A DNA stretch of 64,000 nucleotides, taken from assembly GCA_000002435.2 (NCBI GenBank), contig CM018789.1; one strand, written 5' to 3'. The position numbers were made by a program, and so were the translations under genes. This stretch comes from Giardia intestinalis (Eukaryota). Positions 46,021-57,800 of this stretch are shown here, one piece after another. The notes beneath the pieces are model-generated. The model saw nothing but the letters and a program-made list of their open reading frames with translations. It was not told where the DNA came from and ran no database searches. Each line of letters opens with the position of its first letter. Within the stretch, counting starts at the first letter, position 1.

Positions 46021-48792
46021 ATGGGCGCCGTGCTTTCTGGTCGGCCCCATGTGTCTGCCCCGACCGATCCCTCTTCACTTCTACCACCGTCACATGTAAA
46101 CGCAATTGATGCGTCGTTCCACAATCAAGACGATTCCTTCCCTTACGTGGTACTCTTCAATGGAAGCCACTACGACCTCTTCATTGCTTCAGTAGATGGT
46201 CAGCCCATGGATGCCGTCCTTTCCCAATCACTTCTTTATCTAAATTTCTGCATTGAAGATGACCCTCCCGCTGTAGACTCTCTCTTGCTCCCTTCGCGAC
46301 GAGGTTCCTTTGAAGGCCGCCTCTTCCGGGGCCAGCTTACCGCCTTTATAACGGTCGGGCATGTCATCCGTGCCGTTCTTTATAGTGAGGATATCATCAG
46401 CAATCTAACCCTCGTATTGATTGATAAATACCCAGCAACCGGAAAAAGAGCTAGGAATGGACGGCCCTCTTGTGAGCGGCTTTCCCCTACATATATCGTG
46501 ACCCCCTTCTATTGTCCGCCCCTGCCTGGGCGCGGATCTCCCACGCTCTTTCACGATGTGCGGAGCATTTTCCGCGAGGGGCTTGTTGTGCCTCAACTGA
46601 CAATAGGCGGCTTCGGAAAAGCTATCACTTACCGCTCTGTTCGTGTCTTTACAAGCCCTCATCGGCTCAGCGTCTATGCGACACAGAGCCCTCACGGAAA
46701 GGACTCCGGCGCCCACGAAGCTTCGTGGCTGACAGGCCAGGAGTCCATCTTTCGAGACACTCTGACGGTCATGCCTCTGATCTGGCGTCGCCCCGATGCC
46801 GTTATTTCTCAGATAGCGCCTCACTACCCAGACGTTTCCAAATACGATGTCCCTGTCATCAGGTGGCAGCACGTAGTGGGAATGGATAACCCTTCGACGA
46901 CCTTACTTTGCAGTGTTGATGGGTCTCAGTTGGAAGATCTCATGGCTAGACGGGAGCGGCACGGATCCATTGAAGACCCGGCCCTCATCATTGTGTTCTT
47001 TGCTGGAACCCCGTACAGGATGTACTGGGATCTTAAGTTTCATCATATGACTACGGCCTTTGTGCGACGGATAATAGAGTATTTTGAGGCTATTATCCAT
47101 GATGCTGCTCGTAGCTTTCGGCCTGCTACGCCTCGTGAAAGTTCAAGGAATATGCAAGCACACCTTACTCCAAATAGAGCTACAGCTCGGTACCGGGTGA
47201 CAGTGCGTCGGAGTGAGATGTTTGGCGGGATACTCTCTCGGTTCCTACGAATTCCTGTGACTCTTCAGTACTTCATCCCACAAGTTAAACGGATTGCAGA
47301 CGCACCGTATACACGCGTCCCACAGGTTACATTTGATGGAGAGCAAGGAGTGGATGCAGGCGGTCTTCTAAAAGAGTTGCTTGTGGGCATCGCAGCAGAT
47401 GTACATGAATCAGGGCTTCTGGCGTGCATCAACAAGGTAGACAAACTCTGGAGTATTGCCCCAGAGTGTGGAGTAGCAGATCTTTCTATTTGTCAGGATC
47501 TTCCGTCGATGACACGCATTACCATGTATAGAGTGATAGGCCATTTGTTAGCAGTCTCCTTAATTAAGGACTTCAAGTTCCCCATTGCCTTATCACCGGC
47601 GCTATTGTTTTTACTCCTGCACTGCACAGTCTCCCCAGTGGGAGCCCACTACTATGGTGAGATACAATATAGCAGTACACTAATGGCTTTAAAGGAGACT
47701 GCCGCCCAGATTTTCCATGAAAAGATCACAGGAAGAAAGCATCTTTCACCACAGCGATACCAGTCATATCTTACGTTAAGGGGGTGCTCTCTCATTGCAG
47801 CTGCCATTACTCAAGGCAAAACGCTGGATGCATTTCCTGATGTGCAATTCGGTCCATGGGGCGTAGGAGTCGCTGCTCTTTCTTTACACCCGTATGACGC
47901 ACTTACACTTTATTGCTTGGACATGGATACTGGAAGCTCAAATATGAGTCCAGCATATCTTCTCTTCCCGGATTTGAAGGCCATTGGGATGGACGGCTGT
48001 ATCTCAACCACACTTCAATCGACGAATATACGAACCGACACCAATCTGATTGCTTTTGATAGATTGATAAAATTCTATCGAAAGAGCGGACATATGTTTA
48101 GAAACTTGAGCAGGAGAAAGGTATATACGCCTATTTCTCTCGTTAGCGCTCATATGACTGGGCCCTCCAGCGTTGGCAAAGAGAACCAGATGTCTACTGT
48201 TCTTTGCAGTGACTCCTCCGAAGAAAGCGAAGAGCATAAGACGAATGTGGAAGCGTCTGCGATAGAGACAGATGCAGATGGTACTCTTCCGAGGAACAAA
48301 GGGGCTGTCTATGCATCCCATTTGGCATATTCCCATATCCTCGGTCTAATTTACTATGAGGCATGTGCCTTAGCGGACGGATTCTGTACCTTACTACGCA
48401 TGGCGGGTGTTAATTTGACCAATGAGCAGATCCCTGTGACCTATATCCTAAAACGCTTCTATGCTACACTAGATCCTGTCCATCTCACGAGGGAACTCAT
48501 CCTTCGCCACTTTCGCTTTGACAATACATCAACAGAAGAAGCGCGTCAATTTGTGCGAGTCTGCCTAGCTCTTACCGTGGCAGAGCAGGCATCTCTTCTA
48601 CGCTTTTGCACGGGAATACCCTATCTGGAGTCTAATGTCCTGGTGACTGTGTGCTTTTCCCTTCCAAAGGGATTTCTTCCTCAAGGGCGTACGTGCGCCA
48701 ACTTGCTGGAGCTTCCAAAGAAATCAACCGACAGCGAGCTTCTGCAGCTCCTCCGAGACGCTATGGAACACATGTATTATGGGTTTCTCTAG
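46021..48792 (+). CDS. HECT-domain E3 ubiquitin-protein ligase (923 aa)
   Basis: C-terminal HECT lobe ending LRFCTGIPYLE...LPQGRTCANLLELPKKSTDSELLQLLRDAMEHMYYGFL. The catalytic-Cys context TCANLLELP corresponds to HTCFNRLDLPPY and lies about 35 aa from the C-terminus. Initiator ctctataaaaaaggctttgcATG. Confidence 0.8.
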   Translation: MGAVLSGRPHVSAPTDPSSLLPPSHVNAIDASFHNQDDSFPYVVLFNGSHYDLFIASVDGQPMDAVLSQSLLYLNFCIEDDPPAVDSLLLPSRRGSFEGRLFRGQLTAFITVGHVIRAVLYSEDIISNLTLVLIDKYPATGKRARNGRPSCERLSPTYIVTPFYCPPLPGRGSPTLFHDVRSIFREGLVVPQLTIGGFGKAITYRSVRVFTSPHRLSVYATQSPHGKDSGAHEASWLTGQESIFRDTLTVMPLIWRRPDAVISQIAPHYPDVSKYDVPVIRWQHVVGMDNPSTTLLCSVDGSQLEDLMARRERHGSIEDPALIIVFFAGTPYRMYWDLKFHHMTTAFVRRIIEYFEAIIHDAARSFRPATPRESSRNMQAHLTPNRATARYRVTVRRSEMFGGILSRFLRIPVTLQYFIPQVKRIADAPYTRVPQVTFDGEQGVDAGGLLKELLVGIAADVHESGLLACINKVDKLWSIAPECGVADLSICQDLPSMTRITMYRVIGHLLAVSLIKDFKFPIALSPALLFLLLHCTVSPVGAHYYGEIQYSSTLMALKETAAQIFHEKITGRKHLSPQRYQSYLTLRGCSLIAAAITQGKTLDAFPDVQFGPWGVGVAALSLHPYDALTLYCLDMDTGSSNMSPAYLLFPDLKAIGMDGCISTTLQSTNIRTDTNLIAFDRLIKFYRKSGHMFRNLSRRKVYTPISLVSAHMTGPSSVGKENQMSTVLCSDSSEESEEHKTNVEASAIETDADGTLPRNKGAVYASHLAYSHILGLIYYEACALADGFCTLLRMAGVNLTNEQIPVTYILKRFYATLDPVHLTRELILRHFRFDNTSTEEARQFVRVCLALTVAEQASLLRFCTGIPYLESNVLVTVCFSLPKGFLPQGRTCANLLELPKKSTDSELLQLLRDAMEHMYYGFL

Positions 48793-48840
48793 TTTAGGCG
48801 TTCAAAGCATGTTCTAAAAACCAAAAAATAACAGATAGAC

Positions 48841-49845
48841 ATGAGCTTTGAAGACAACCAAGCAGAGCTGCGCGATTTTTACGCAGAGGGCCTAGCAGAG
48901 CAGCAGAAGCTCGAGGAGGAGAACTTCCTCTTGCAGCAGGAGGCCAAGCGCCTCATTAAGCTTCCTTCTCTTCAAGCGAAGCTCCACCCCTTCAAGGACC
49001 ATGGCCAGCGAACGGAAGCAGAGCTCATAGTGAAATATCACCAGAGCCTTTCAGACATAGACCAGTGCAGGGTTGACTTGGATACGCTGCAATCCAGTAT
49101 TGATCAGGATACAGTTGTGCTCCGAACAAACCTGGAAAAGCTCGAGAGTGAGGCGACAGAATTAACTACAGCATTTACTGCTTTGCGGCGCGCCTCCTTC
49201 GGACACCTGGAGCGGTCCCATGGGGTGATGCTCACTCAGGCGGAGGCAGAGAGTTTGGAGGACAAATTCCAGGCCCTTGTGAAAGAGCATGATGCTCTGC
49301 GCCTACAAGGTATTACTCAAAAAGAAAAGATCGCTGCTCTCACGTCCAAGATAAAGAAGACTAATGAGTTTGGAGATAGAATGAAACGTATAGACTTCGA
49401 ACAGATTAAAATAGAAAATCAGACACTTGCTGAAAAGATAGAGGAGCGCTCAGAGGAACTCTTAAAGCTCCGCCGGAGAACAGTGTCCACGCTCCAAATT
49501 CTTGCTCACATCCGAGAAAAGCGGCACTTCATCACTGCACAGGTACAGATGATGAAAAGGGATCTATTGAATTTAGACGAGCAGCTAGGCAAACTCCGGG
49601 ACCGGCTCTCTCAGCTTAAGAATGCTAGGACGCATGTCCGGAAGCAGGCCGACGACTCTAGGGACATGACAGGACTAAGCGGCAATCCTATACTACTGGC
49701 AGACTATAAGCAGAGAGAGCAGAATGTGTCACAACTTCACGAGGATGTGGCGAGGATAAAGGAGCGATACGATGAACTTACTAGTAAAGTACAAAGTTTA
49801 GAAAAAACAAAACGAAAGATTCAAAAGGCACTTCTAAACCATTAA
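48841..49845 (+). CDS. Coiled-coil protein (334 aa)
   Basis: ATG start. Heptad-rich sequence throughout. Confidence 0.6.
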   Translation: MSFEDNQAELRDFYAEGLAEQQKLEEENFLLQQEAKRLIKLPSLQAKLHPFKDHGQRTEAELIVKYHQSLSDIDQCRVDLDTLQSSIDQDTVVLRTNLEKLESEATELTTAFTALRRASFGHLERSHGVMLTQAEAESLEDKFQALVKEHDALRLQGITQKEKIAALTSKIKKTNEFGDRMKRIDFEQIKIENQTLAEKIEERSEELLKLRRRTVSTLQILAHIREKRHFITAQVQMMKRDLLNLDEQLGKLRDRLSQLKNARTHVRKQADDSRDMTGLSGNPILLADYKQREQNVSQLHEDVARIKERYDELTSKVQSLEKTKRKIQKALLNH

Positions 49846-49889
49846 TGAACAGATTAGAGTGTGCTCTGAGTACTGTAAATCCTCCGGCC

Positions 49890-52800
49890 TCATGCCTTTT
49901 CACGCTTATCCGCGGGGAAGTTCATCAGGACCATTCCAGCAGTGTTCATTTGGGCGGCTAAAGAGCTCTTTGGCCCCTTTCCTATAGTGATAGTGTTTAG
50001 ATCCTCCTGGATCTCCTCCATTTGGTTGGAAAAGTTGACACTCTTCTTGGGCTGAGGTTCGGCCCCCGCTGCAAATCTAGAGGTCTGCTTTACCGCAGAT
50101 TTAACATGTATTGGAGACTGAAACATCCAATTGTGCGGCTGATTAGGAGGCACTGGGCTTACTTTTGTATCGACAGGGGTGGAAGCGCGAGGTTTTTGCC
50201 AAGGAGGGGGATTTTGCAGCTGTACTGGATGTGTCCGAGCGTTATTCTGTATGGTGTTTGCTGCATTGTACGAGTTGACTGGCTGAGGCCGTTGTCTAGC
50301 CACAGACGCAACAGAGACTCCTCTCTGTGCGGATTTAAAGGGCGGTCTCTTGATCGGGATCCCAACAGCCTTATTGTATTGCTTAGCCGGAACCTGGGCC
50401 TGCGGCAGTGCTACAGGCTGCTCGGTAAATAGGTATCCCAAAGGCTCAGAACCATGGATGGGTGCGTGACCCTGGGGCTGATCAGATTGTAGCTGCATAT
50501 TGTACCCGTCCCCAAATTGTCGCGTCTGGATAGGCCCCATGCTTCTGCCAGCCCTCTTCAGCAAGAAAAGAGGCTGTGTTGCGTCCAGAGGCTGCTTCTC
50601 GATTTCTTCGTACTTTGGTATGTACAAAACGTCTGCGGCTCCCAGACCACACTCATCTTCGTCTGGGTCGTGACTTTCCAGGCGGGTGTAAGTAAGAAAT
50701 GATCTGTTCATCGGATTCTTAGTGCTGTAGAGCTCGTTTGCAGCAATAGCCTCCTCGGTTAGATTGTAAGGCAAGTGAGCCTGCGGATCCAGGCTAAACT
50801 GGCAAGCTGCAAGCAGCGTCCCCGACCTCATGCTTAGAGAGAGACCGGTCGTTCGCGAGAGGACTTCCTCGTTGTTCACGTTTATTGGGCGGAGACAAAA
50901 AGGAATCTTGGCCTCCAACTCAGTAATTCTATACACAAGCCCGTCAAGGTTCTTCTTGTTATCAGTGTCGATTACGGTCAGTGTTTGTAAGAACCGCAAC
51001 GCCTTTTTAGTATCATGGGATATAAGAAATGCCAGGAGATAGGGGTAGAACTCATCGTGATGTAGACAGAAGGCGGTTATGGCCGAGACTTCTGCTTTGG
51101 TGATGGGAGAGTAATTGATCAGCTTGCAATAAATTGGCACTGTTCCGTGAGTAGCCTTCCTTTTGTCCGTAGTTTCTTCGAGCTCATTGAGACACCGTAA
51201 TGACTGCCCAAGACTGGTATTTGCAGCTGACTCCCTATCTACTGTCAATTCCTCCAGATCAAGAGTGTTAGAGGGCATGTTATCAAACCTGCGTCGGCAG
51301 TTGGACCTCCCCACGATGCGCATTGTCTCTTGAAGCACTGATCTGGCCATATCTGGCTCCACATCACTCCCTAAGGAAGAGACAAGATGAAGCTCATCAT
51401 AAAACTCTTCAATCCGGTAATTATTTGTTGCTAACTCTGAAAATATGTAGGCAAGCCGCAGACCTAGACAGCGATCACTACAGAAGCTGGTGTCATTAGA
51501 AACAATTCCGTTAAAGTCTCTACGCAACTGATAAATCGCTCGTGACATCTGCTGGTTAATAGAGGTCTCGACAATGCGCTTGTGCTCCGCACTATGAATC
51601 CCAGGAGAGGGCTCTGTGAGGCTAATAAACACAGAGGACATGATACACGAACGCATGATTAGCTCAGTCCTGGCTACTCCTGGATGCACGGGCCAAAGCA
51701 GAGTATTGTGGAGCCCATCGGAGTACTCCATGGATGAGAAGGCCAGTGGCCGTGCAAGAGAGATCAACCCTTTGAGGAGCGACAGATGGCAGAGCCTTCC
51801 TGCCCACTGCTTAGAGCTCTTTTCCACGTCATCCCTGCTTATTGTATAGAACCCAGCATCTGTACTAATCGCTCCAGCGTAGGGCAGGTAGCTCAATGCA
51901 TGGAAGAGCAGAAGCCTGAGACTCCGCCGCGTTGTGTCGCTCAAGGCCATGCTCGAGGAGAGCAACTGGATACCTATGAAGTCCCCCTCGCCAGGCACCT
52001 GCATCAGTTGGTTAAGATAGATTGTGTCTTCAGACAAAGAAACGTCTTCGATTTCCCGGTCAATAGGGCCGCAGTATCCCATATCGACAGCAAACAAAAT
52101 GCGGGCTGATAGATAGATGCAGCGAGCATAGTATTCCACCGCCTTGGAGTGCTTTTCGTCTGTGTATCCAAGCACGCCGTCATCCCCACCGCAACTTATT
52201 TTTGCAGCCTGGAGAATAAAGGGCCTGAGATCTGTCCCCATGAAGCAAAGCGACATGCAGGCATCCATACATGCCTTTGGCGTTTCCCCATTCACAAGTA
52301 GGGCGTACACAATGAAGATCCTGCACCCGTGGATCCCAGCCTCCTTCAGCAAAGCAGTTCTAGGGTCTATTGTCTCAAAGGAGAAGCTGTTGCTGTGAGA
52401 GGTCGACGAGTTAATATCTTCTTGTAGAAGAGCCTTTAACGCGTCCACTATTGTCATGCGCGTAAAGCCGGGCCTCCGCTTTCTATAATCTACCCCTGGC
52501 CTCTCCCCAGACAAGACGAGCTGAGTATAGAACTGCACAAGAGACCAGATTGCTGTGTTGCCCACCATATTATGTGCTGCGTAAACAGACGAAAAATCCT
52601 GTATATCCCTGTACGGGTTTCCTTCTATGCTCTTCATTGTCTCATCGACAGTATAATAACCAAACTCATGTGTGTATAGCATGTTGGGGCTCTTGCTCTC
52701 GTCTGCCACGCTCTTCCTAAGGCTACGAAGCATCATGGAGTAGGCGTGGACGGTGCAATTAAAAAATACTTCATTATCGTCATCACGAGCTGCAGTTGGA

Positions 52801-54875
52801 ATTATGGCCGTACTGTCCACGCCCCCATATACAGTAGAGGCATCCGCACAGGTGGCGAGGTGCTTTGTCTTCGTATAATTCAAGATTGTTGCTATCCTGG
52901 AGAACTTCTGGGAGTGGTTTCTGGATAGGGGGAACGGCACGTTGATGAACGACCGGATGCTTGTTAGATAGTGCATCATGCCCAGCGCACTGCTTGCTGT
53001 CTCAGCGATAATTCTGATGGTAGATGCCTCCGCTCCCAGACTAACGTCTAGTTTCCGGACTCTAAGAAGCGTGTCCACAATTCGCGCAGACGCGTATGTG
53101 ATTGGCTGTAAAAACTTACTCAAGTATGCGAGTGCCTCATACTCAGTATCAGCGTTACTGTCCAACTTTTTAGCAAGACAATTCAGCAGATATAAAGAGT
53201 TTTTGATGATGATAATGCACACATGAATAAGTACACGTATGTTGTTGAATACAAATACGTAGTCTGGATCCGTGCCAAGAATAGCTCCTATTGCTCCGTG
53301 AGCCAGCTTGGCATTGGTGATGTGTTCTCTATGCTCCTTGCGCATGATGGCGCGCTCCAGAACAATGTACAGCTGGCTATAGCGCAGACAGGAAAAGACG
53401 GCAGCGATAGAGTAGAACTCACTATTCTCATATATGTTCGTCGATGGCTTGGCTTCTTCAGGAGCCTTGAGGCATTGCGCTCCTATGAGAATTGCATGAG
53501 AATTTTCCACGCTCATCGCCCCGGGATAGTTCAGAGATGCTAGCTTGCTCGCGGCATGGGCACTTTTTGTGCAAAACAATGTATTCTCTATGCTATCACA
53601 TAGTACTAACACCGCAGATATCCGAATGACCCGCTGGTCATCTTTCAGTGCAGCCATGGAGGTATTGGTGTGGGCTTGGGTCGCTGAGCCACTGGGGCCA
53701 TCTGTGCAGTTTAGCATGTCAAGGAATATGGGATCAAAGATAGCGACGGATGATGCCAATTCGCTTACTGCCTTAGGGGCCTGTGCAAGCTCTGTGAGAG
53801 AAATGTGCGCAGATAGCACAAGCTTGTCGCACTTGACATTTGGATCCATTCTGGAAGGGTCATCATAAAAGATTGGGAGGATGCCAGGTGTCTCCTGTGC
53901 CCCGTGGAGGAACACAGTGGGGACAGAGACAGCAAACGGATTTGTATTTGATCCTGTGAAAAGGATATTTAAAAATTGACCATCTCTGGTGTACGTGTAA
54001 GAAAGCAGTTGAAAATCCACTGAATACTTATTGGTCTTAAGGGGAAACGAAAACATTCCTACCACAAAATGATACGAATCTCCTTGTCGTAGCCGCTTCA
54101 CCACGTATAGTAGACACGTGTAGGCACCTGGTGTTCGAGAGTTTCCGAGAATTGACATGAGAAGGAATGCTCCGTGTTCCACTCGATCAATCAGAGTGAA
54201 CGCTGCAGCAACATCGTGCAGCTGGCCTTCTGTGTTAATTCGCTTGAGAATAGATAGTGTTCTCGTGCTCAAAATAACAGAAGAGCTGTTGTCAAGGGAC
54301 AGCATCAGAGTAGTTCCCATCACAGCCAGCCCTGTGGCCGTTACCTTCTGCTTTGAGTCTGAAGGCAAGATCTGACTGACCTCTTTTAGACCGAAGTCGT
54401 AAGTATCGTGAGCCAAAGTCGCAATGACCAAGAGTGTAGACGATATTCCGAAAAACGCAGATGTCCCACTCTGGGCACGGATGGTGATCAGCCCGCCAGC
54501 TATGTTGTAGGAGCACACATACCGACTCGGTGCACCGTCAGAGATATTAAAGATGAGGATCTGCGAATGGCTATCATTATGTGACTTGGCCACTACAGCC
54601 AGATACTTCTCGCACGAGGAGAGGCACGGCGGGAGAAAGAGAAAGTTCTTCTGTGTTCCTGAAAAAAGACCAGATAAAAAGCTCTTATTTGCAGAAATAA
54701 GCCCCTTGGTAAAATGAGGCTCCATGTCCTCAGTCCATAAAAAAGTTGGTGACTTTGATTTGAGAGAGACTGCAACAAGGGACAGCCCTGAAACAATGTA
54801 TGCTGTATCCCCAGTCTCCGATATCTTTGCAGCTGTTGCCTGGCCGCCTATTCCGAACTCACTCAGGGAAAACAT
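49890..54875 (-). CDS. Very large hypothetical protein (1661 aa) with Pro/Gln-rich disordered C-terminus
   Basis: 5-kb ORF with an ATG start preceded by aagaataaaaattaaaatctggcccATG. Only 18 bp separate this start from the HCMP stop. Confidence 0.75.
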   Translation of the reverse strand: MFSLSEFGIGGQATAAKISETGDTAYIVSGLSLVAVSLKSKSPTFLWTEDMEPHFTKGLISANKSFLSGLFSGTQKNFLFLPPCLSSCEKYLAVVAKSHNDSHSQILIFNISDGAPSRYVCSYNIAGGLITIRAQSGTSAFFGISSTLLVIATLAHDTYDFGLKEVSQILPSDSKQKVTATGLAVMGTTLMLSLDNSSSVILSTRTLSILKRINTEGQLHDVAAAFTLIDRVEHGAFLLMSILGNSRTPGAYTCLLYVVKRLRQGDSYHFVVGMFSFPLKTNKYSVDFQLLSYTYTRDGQFLNILFTGSNTNPFAVSVPTVFLHGAQETPGILPIFYDDPSRMDPNVKCDKLVLSAHISLTELAQAPKAVSELASSVAIFDPIFLDMLNCTDGPSGSATQAHTNTSMAALKDDQRVIRISAVLVLCDSIENTLFCTKSAHAASKLASLNYPGAMSVENSHAILIGAQCLKAPEEAKPSTNIYENSEFYSIAAVFSCLRYSQLYIVLERAIMRKEHREHITNAKLAHGAIGAILGTDPDYVFVFNNIRVLIHVCIIIIKNSLYLLNCLAKKLDSNADTEYEALAYLSKFLQPITYASARIVDTLLRVRKLDVSLGAEASTIRIIAETASSALGMMHYLTSIRSFINVPFPLSRNHSQKFSRIATILNYTKTKHLATCADASTVYGGVDSTAIIPTAARDDDNEVFFNCTVHAYSMMLRSLRKSVADESKSPNMLYTHEFGYYTVDETMKSIEGNPYRDIQDFSSVYAAHNMVGNTAIWSLVQFYTQLVLSGERPGVDYRKRRPGFTRMTIVDALKALLQEDINSSTSHSNSFSFETIDPRTALLKEAGIHGCRIFIVYALLVNGETPKACMDACMSLCFMGTDLRPFILQAAKISCGGDDGVLGYTDEKHSKAVEYYARCIYLSARILFAVDMGYCGPIDREIEDVSLSEDTIYLNQLMQVPGEGDFIGIQLLSSSMALSDTTRRSLRLLLFHALSYLPYAGAISTDAGFYTISRDDVEKSSKQWAGRLCHLSLLKGLISLARPLAFSSMEYSDGLHNTLLWPVHPGVARTELIMRSCIMSSVFISLTEPSPGIHSAEHKRIVETSINQQMSRAIYQLRRDFNGIVSNDTSFCSDRCLGLRLAYIFSELATNNYRIEEFYDELHLVSSLGSDVEPDMARSVLQETMRIVGRSNCRRRFDNMPSNTLDLEELTVDRESAANTSLGQSLRCLNELEETTDKRKATHGTVPIYCKLINYSPITKAEVSAITAFCLHHDEFYPYLLAFLISHDTKKALRFLQTLTVIDTDNKKNLDGLVYRITELEAKIPFCLRPINVNNEEVLSRTTGLSLSMRSGTLLAACQFSLDPQAHLPYNLTEEAIAANELYSTKNPMNRSFLTYTRLESHDPDEDECGLGAADVLYIPKYEEIEKQPLDATQPLFLLKRAGRSMGPIQTRQFGDGYNMQLQSDQPQGHAPIHGSEPLGYLFTEQPVALPQAQVPAKQYNKAVGIPIKRPPFKSAQRGVSVASVARQRPQPVNSYNAANTIQNNARTHPVQLQNPPPWQKPRASTPVDTKVSPVPPNQPHNWMFQSPIHVKSAVKQTSRFAAGAEPQPKKSVNFSNQMEEIQEDLNTITIGKGPKSSLAAQMNTAGMVLMNFPADKREKA

Positions 54876-54892
54876 GGGCCAGATTTTAATTT

Positions 54893-57800
54893 TTATTCTT
54901 TAGAAGACTGCTTTGTAGAGGCGAATGTAAAGGTATGGCTAGCATTGTTCAACACGTTTATGAACGAGAGAGACGTATCAGTGTCCTCCTGGGTCACTAA
55001 TGAAGTGTCGTCCTCTTCGGACTTCTGAGCAGAGCGGCGTTTCTTGACACAGACTATGGCAATGATAGTCATGGAAACTATCAGTGCAACTAGGCCAGCT
55101 GATACCCCGATGGCTATTGGCGTTGTGTTGAGTCTCACCTCGTTCTTGGTGCATATGTTTCCTGGAACCATCAGGGAATATCCTTTATAGCATAAGAGGC
55201 ACTGATCTGGATTATTTGTAGAACAGTATAGACAGTACGGCGTGGTACACTTTGTAGAATACATGCATGTTCCCATAACCGGTCGTTTTTGGGTGTCGAT
55301 ACAACTTGTGCACAGCACTGGGGTGCAGGTCTTGCATTCGCTAGGGCATTGTTGGCATGTTCCCTCAAAGAAGGAAAGATATGTGTTAAGTCCGCACACA
55401 GAACAACGATTTGAATTTCCTGCTTCACAGACCACGCAGTTAGAGAGTGTACAGTATGTCTGATTGGATACCACACATACTCCATCACTATTTGGGCGCA
55501 TGTTCCACTTGTTACAACTGACACAGTAGAAGGGGTCTGACGCTTGGCAGAATTGGCAGTTTGTATTGTCGATGCAGAGAGTACTATAGTCGCAATATCC
55601 AGAAAGAGGCGGGCTTCTTATATTTTTACATCGTAGGCATTGTGTTGAAGAGCTGCACTCAAAGCAATTTGATGGGCACGCGTCGCATCTGTTGAAAGCC
55701 TTGTTGAGCCAGTATCCATTCGTGCAACGGAGGCAGAGAAGCTTTTTGTTGGCACCTTCGTAGCAATGCGTACACTGTTCAATAGAACATGCTCGAAACT
55801 TAATGCAGACGCCACTGGTGGTTGTGACGTAAGAGGCATCCGAGCACACTTCACAAATGCTACTGAGCGTGGGACACGCCATACATCCTGACTTACAGGG
55901 GGTGCACACAGAGTAGGAGTTGTCCAGGGCTCCAGAACTGCACGCAATGCAACGTTTGTCAGATGCCTCAAGACAGGAGGCGCATAGACCTACACTACAT
56001 TCATTTATGAAGAACTGCAGGTCAATCATTCCTGTGTTCCTGCCAACAACCCATGTGGTGTTATAGTCCCAGCACAGGGGAGCTGAGCAAGACACCGCTA
56101 TGAGATCAATGACCTTGTCGGTAATTACAACTGCATATGGAAGTGTGGTGAGTATGGGAAGCGCTGTATTGAAAAAGTTCCACCCGCTGTTTTCATTTAA
56201 CCACCATCCACGCGCTAGGTATGTCGTGGACAGCGTCAAGAACTCCGGGACAATGCTAAATAAATCTGTTTCATCGATACCCGGGTTTGCGGCGACCAGA
56301 ATATTTTCACATTTGGTGCAATGGCTTGCATTCAGCCCTGGGCCGAAGGCTTTGATACTGTACGGTTTGTATCCCGGTTCTGTGTAGGTAAATGTGACAT
56401 TCAACAGAACTCTCGCTGCAGACAGGCCATTCATGTGTCCAAAGTAGACAAAAGATGCCAGTCCATAGTCGGCTTTAAAGCCTGAGCACGACCCTGTAAA
56501 GTTAACGGTGCCTGCGCAGTCTGAGATCAGAACATTATCGGTTATGGCGGCCGCAAAGCCTCCGTAGCGTATCGCGGCTGTGTCATTCCAGGTTGAGCAC
56601 GCAATAGACACGTTCATGAACCACCAGAGGCTCTTCAAGTAATGTACGTTACCAGTTACTGCTCCTGAAGGACCATTGACTGCACCAAGAAAGCTACCAA
56701 ACGTTAAGTTGTGGCTCGTTCTAAAGTTGTAGAGGAAGGAGCGCACAAACACGAACGAGTTGTCAATCAGTGAGTTGTTAGTCCGTGAGTACAGCTGCCC
56801 ACAAAAGCCCCCGATAGTTATGGAGCTCGTAGGCGACACTTGCATTGTAACTATCTTAAACCATGCAAAGCAGTTGGCTATTATGCTATCCACGCTAGTC
56901 CCCACAAAACCGCCAAAGAGATAAAGCGGTGTATTGAACGTGTAATAGTTAATACGCACATATGAGTCTGCTATGCTAGTATCTGAGTTAGCAATAGCAA
57001 CGAAACCGCCAGAGCCGGAGCTTTCTATATAGCTTTGAGTTAAGTTTTCCATGACGACAGCACATTGCTCCACAGTAGTGACACTGGCCGTAGAAACAAA
57101 TCCGCCCACTATGCCAGAAAACAATCCGGTTGTGATATTAACCACTGAGTGTCTCACTAAGACTCCGGCTAGATTAGCAGCAAAGCCACCGATGTACATA
57201 ATGTCTGTGCCCACAGAGAAGCTATAATAGTTTGCTACACACTTGTCGATGACAACACAATGAATGCAATCGGATTGTAAGTTTCCCAGAAATCCGCCTA
57301 TGTATGAATATGTACCAAGATTGGTTAGCTCTACAATATTGGCAGTAACGGTGGAAGACCCCACTGACGCGTAGTGTATGCCAACGAGGCCTCCATAAAC
57401 GCATGGGGACAGCCACTCGCTCCGTACGTAGACCCTGCTGAAGTTTGCACTGCAATTGAGAAGGCTTCTCCCACACTCTCCTGCGACTCCACCCAGGATA
57501 CAAATACTATTCCTGCACTCTATAGATCCATTGAATGATAGCCCACTGATGATAGACGCATCAACGTTTAGTCCTGGTTTTGCGATGTTGCCTATAACTC
57601 CTCCCAGGATAGCTTTGCGGAGCCCGCTGTACCTGATTGTCGCATTGACGGCAACGTTCGATGGCGTAATGTACGACCTGCCTGCCAGTCCCCCGACGGC
57701 AAGAGCTTCAGAGTCGCTATTCATTGGCTTGGTTAGTAGTAAACTTCCGTTGATAGTCACTTTGTACAGACTTGTCGAGTTGAGTATCCCTGCTAGGAGT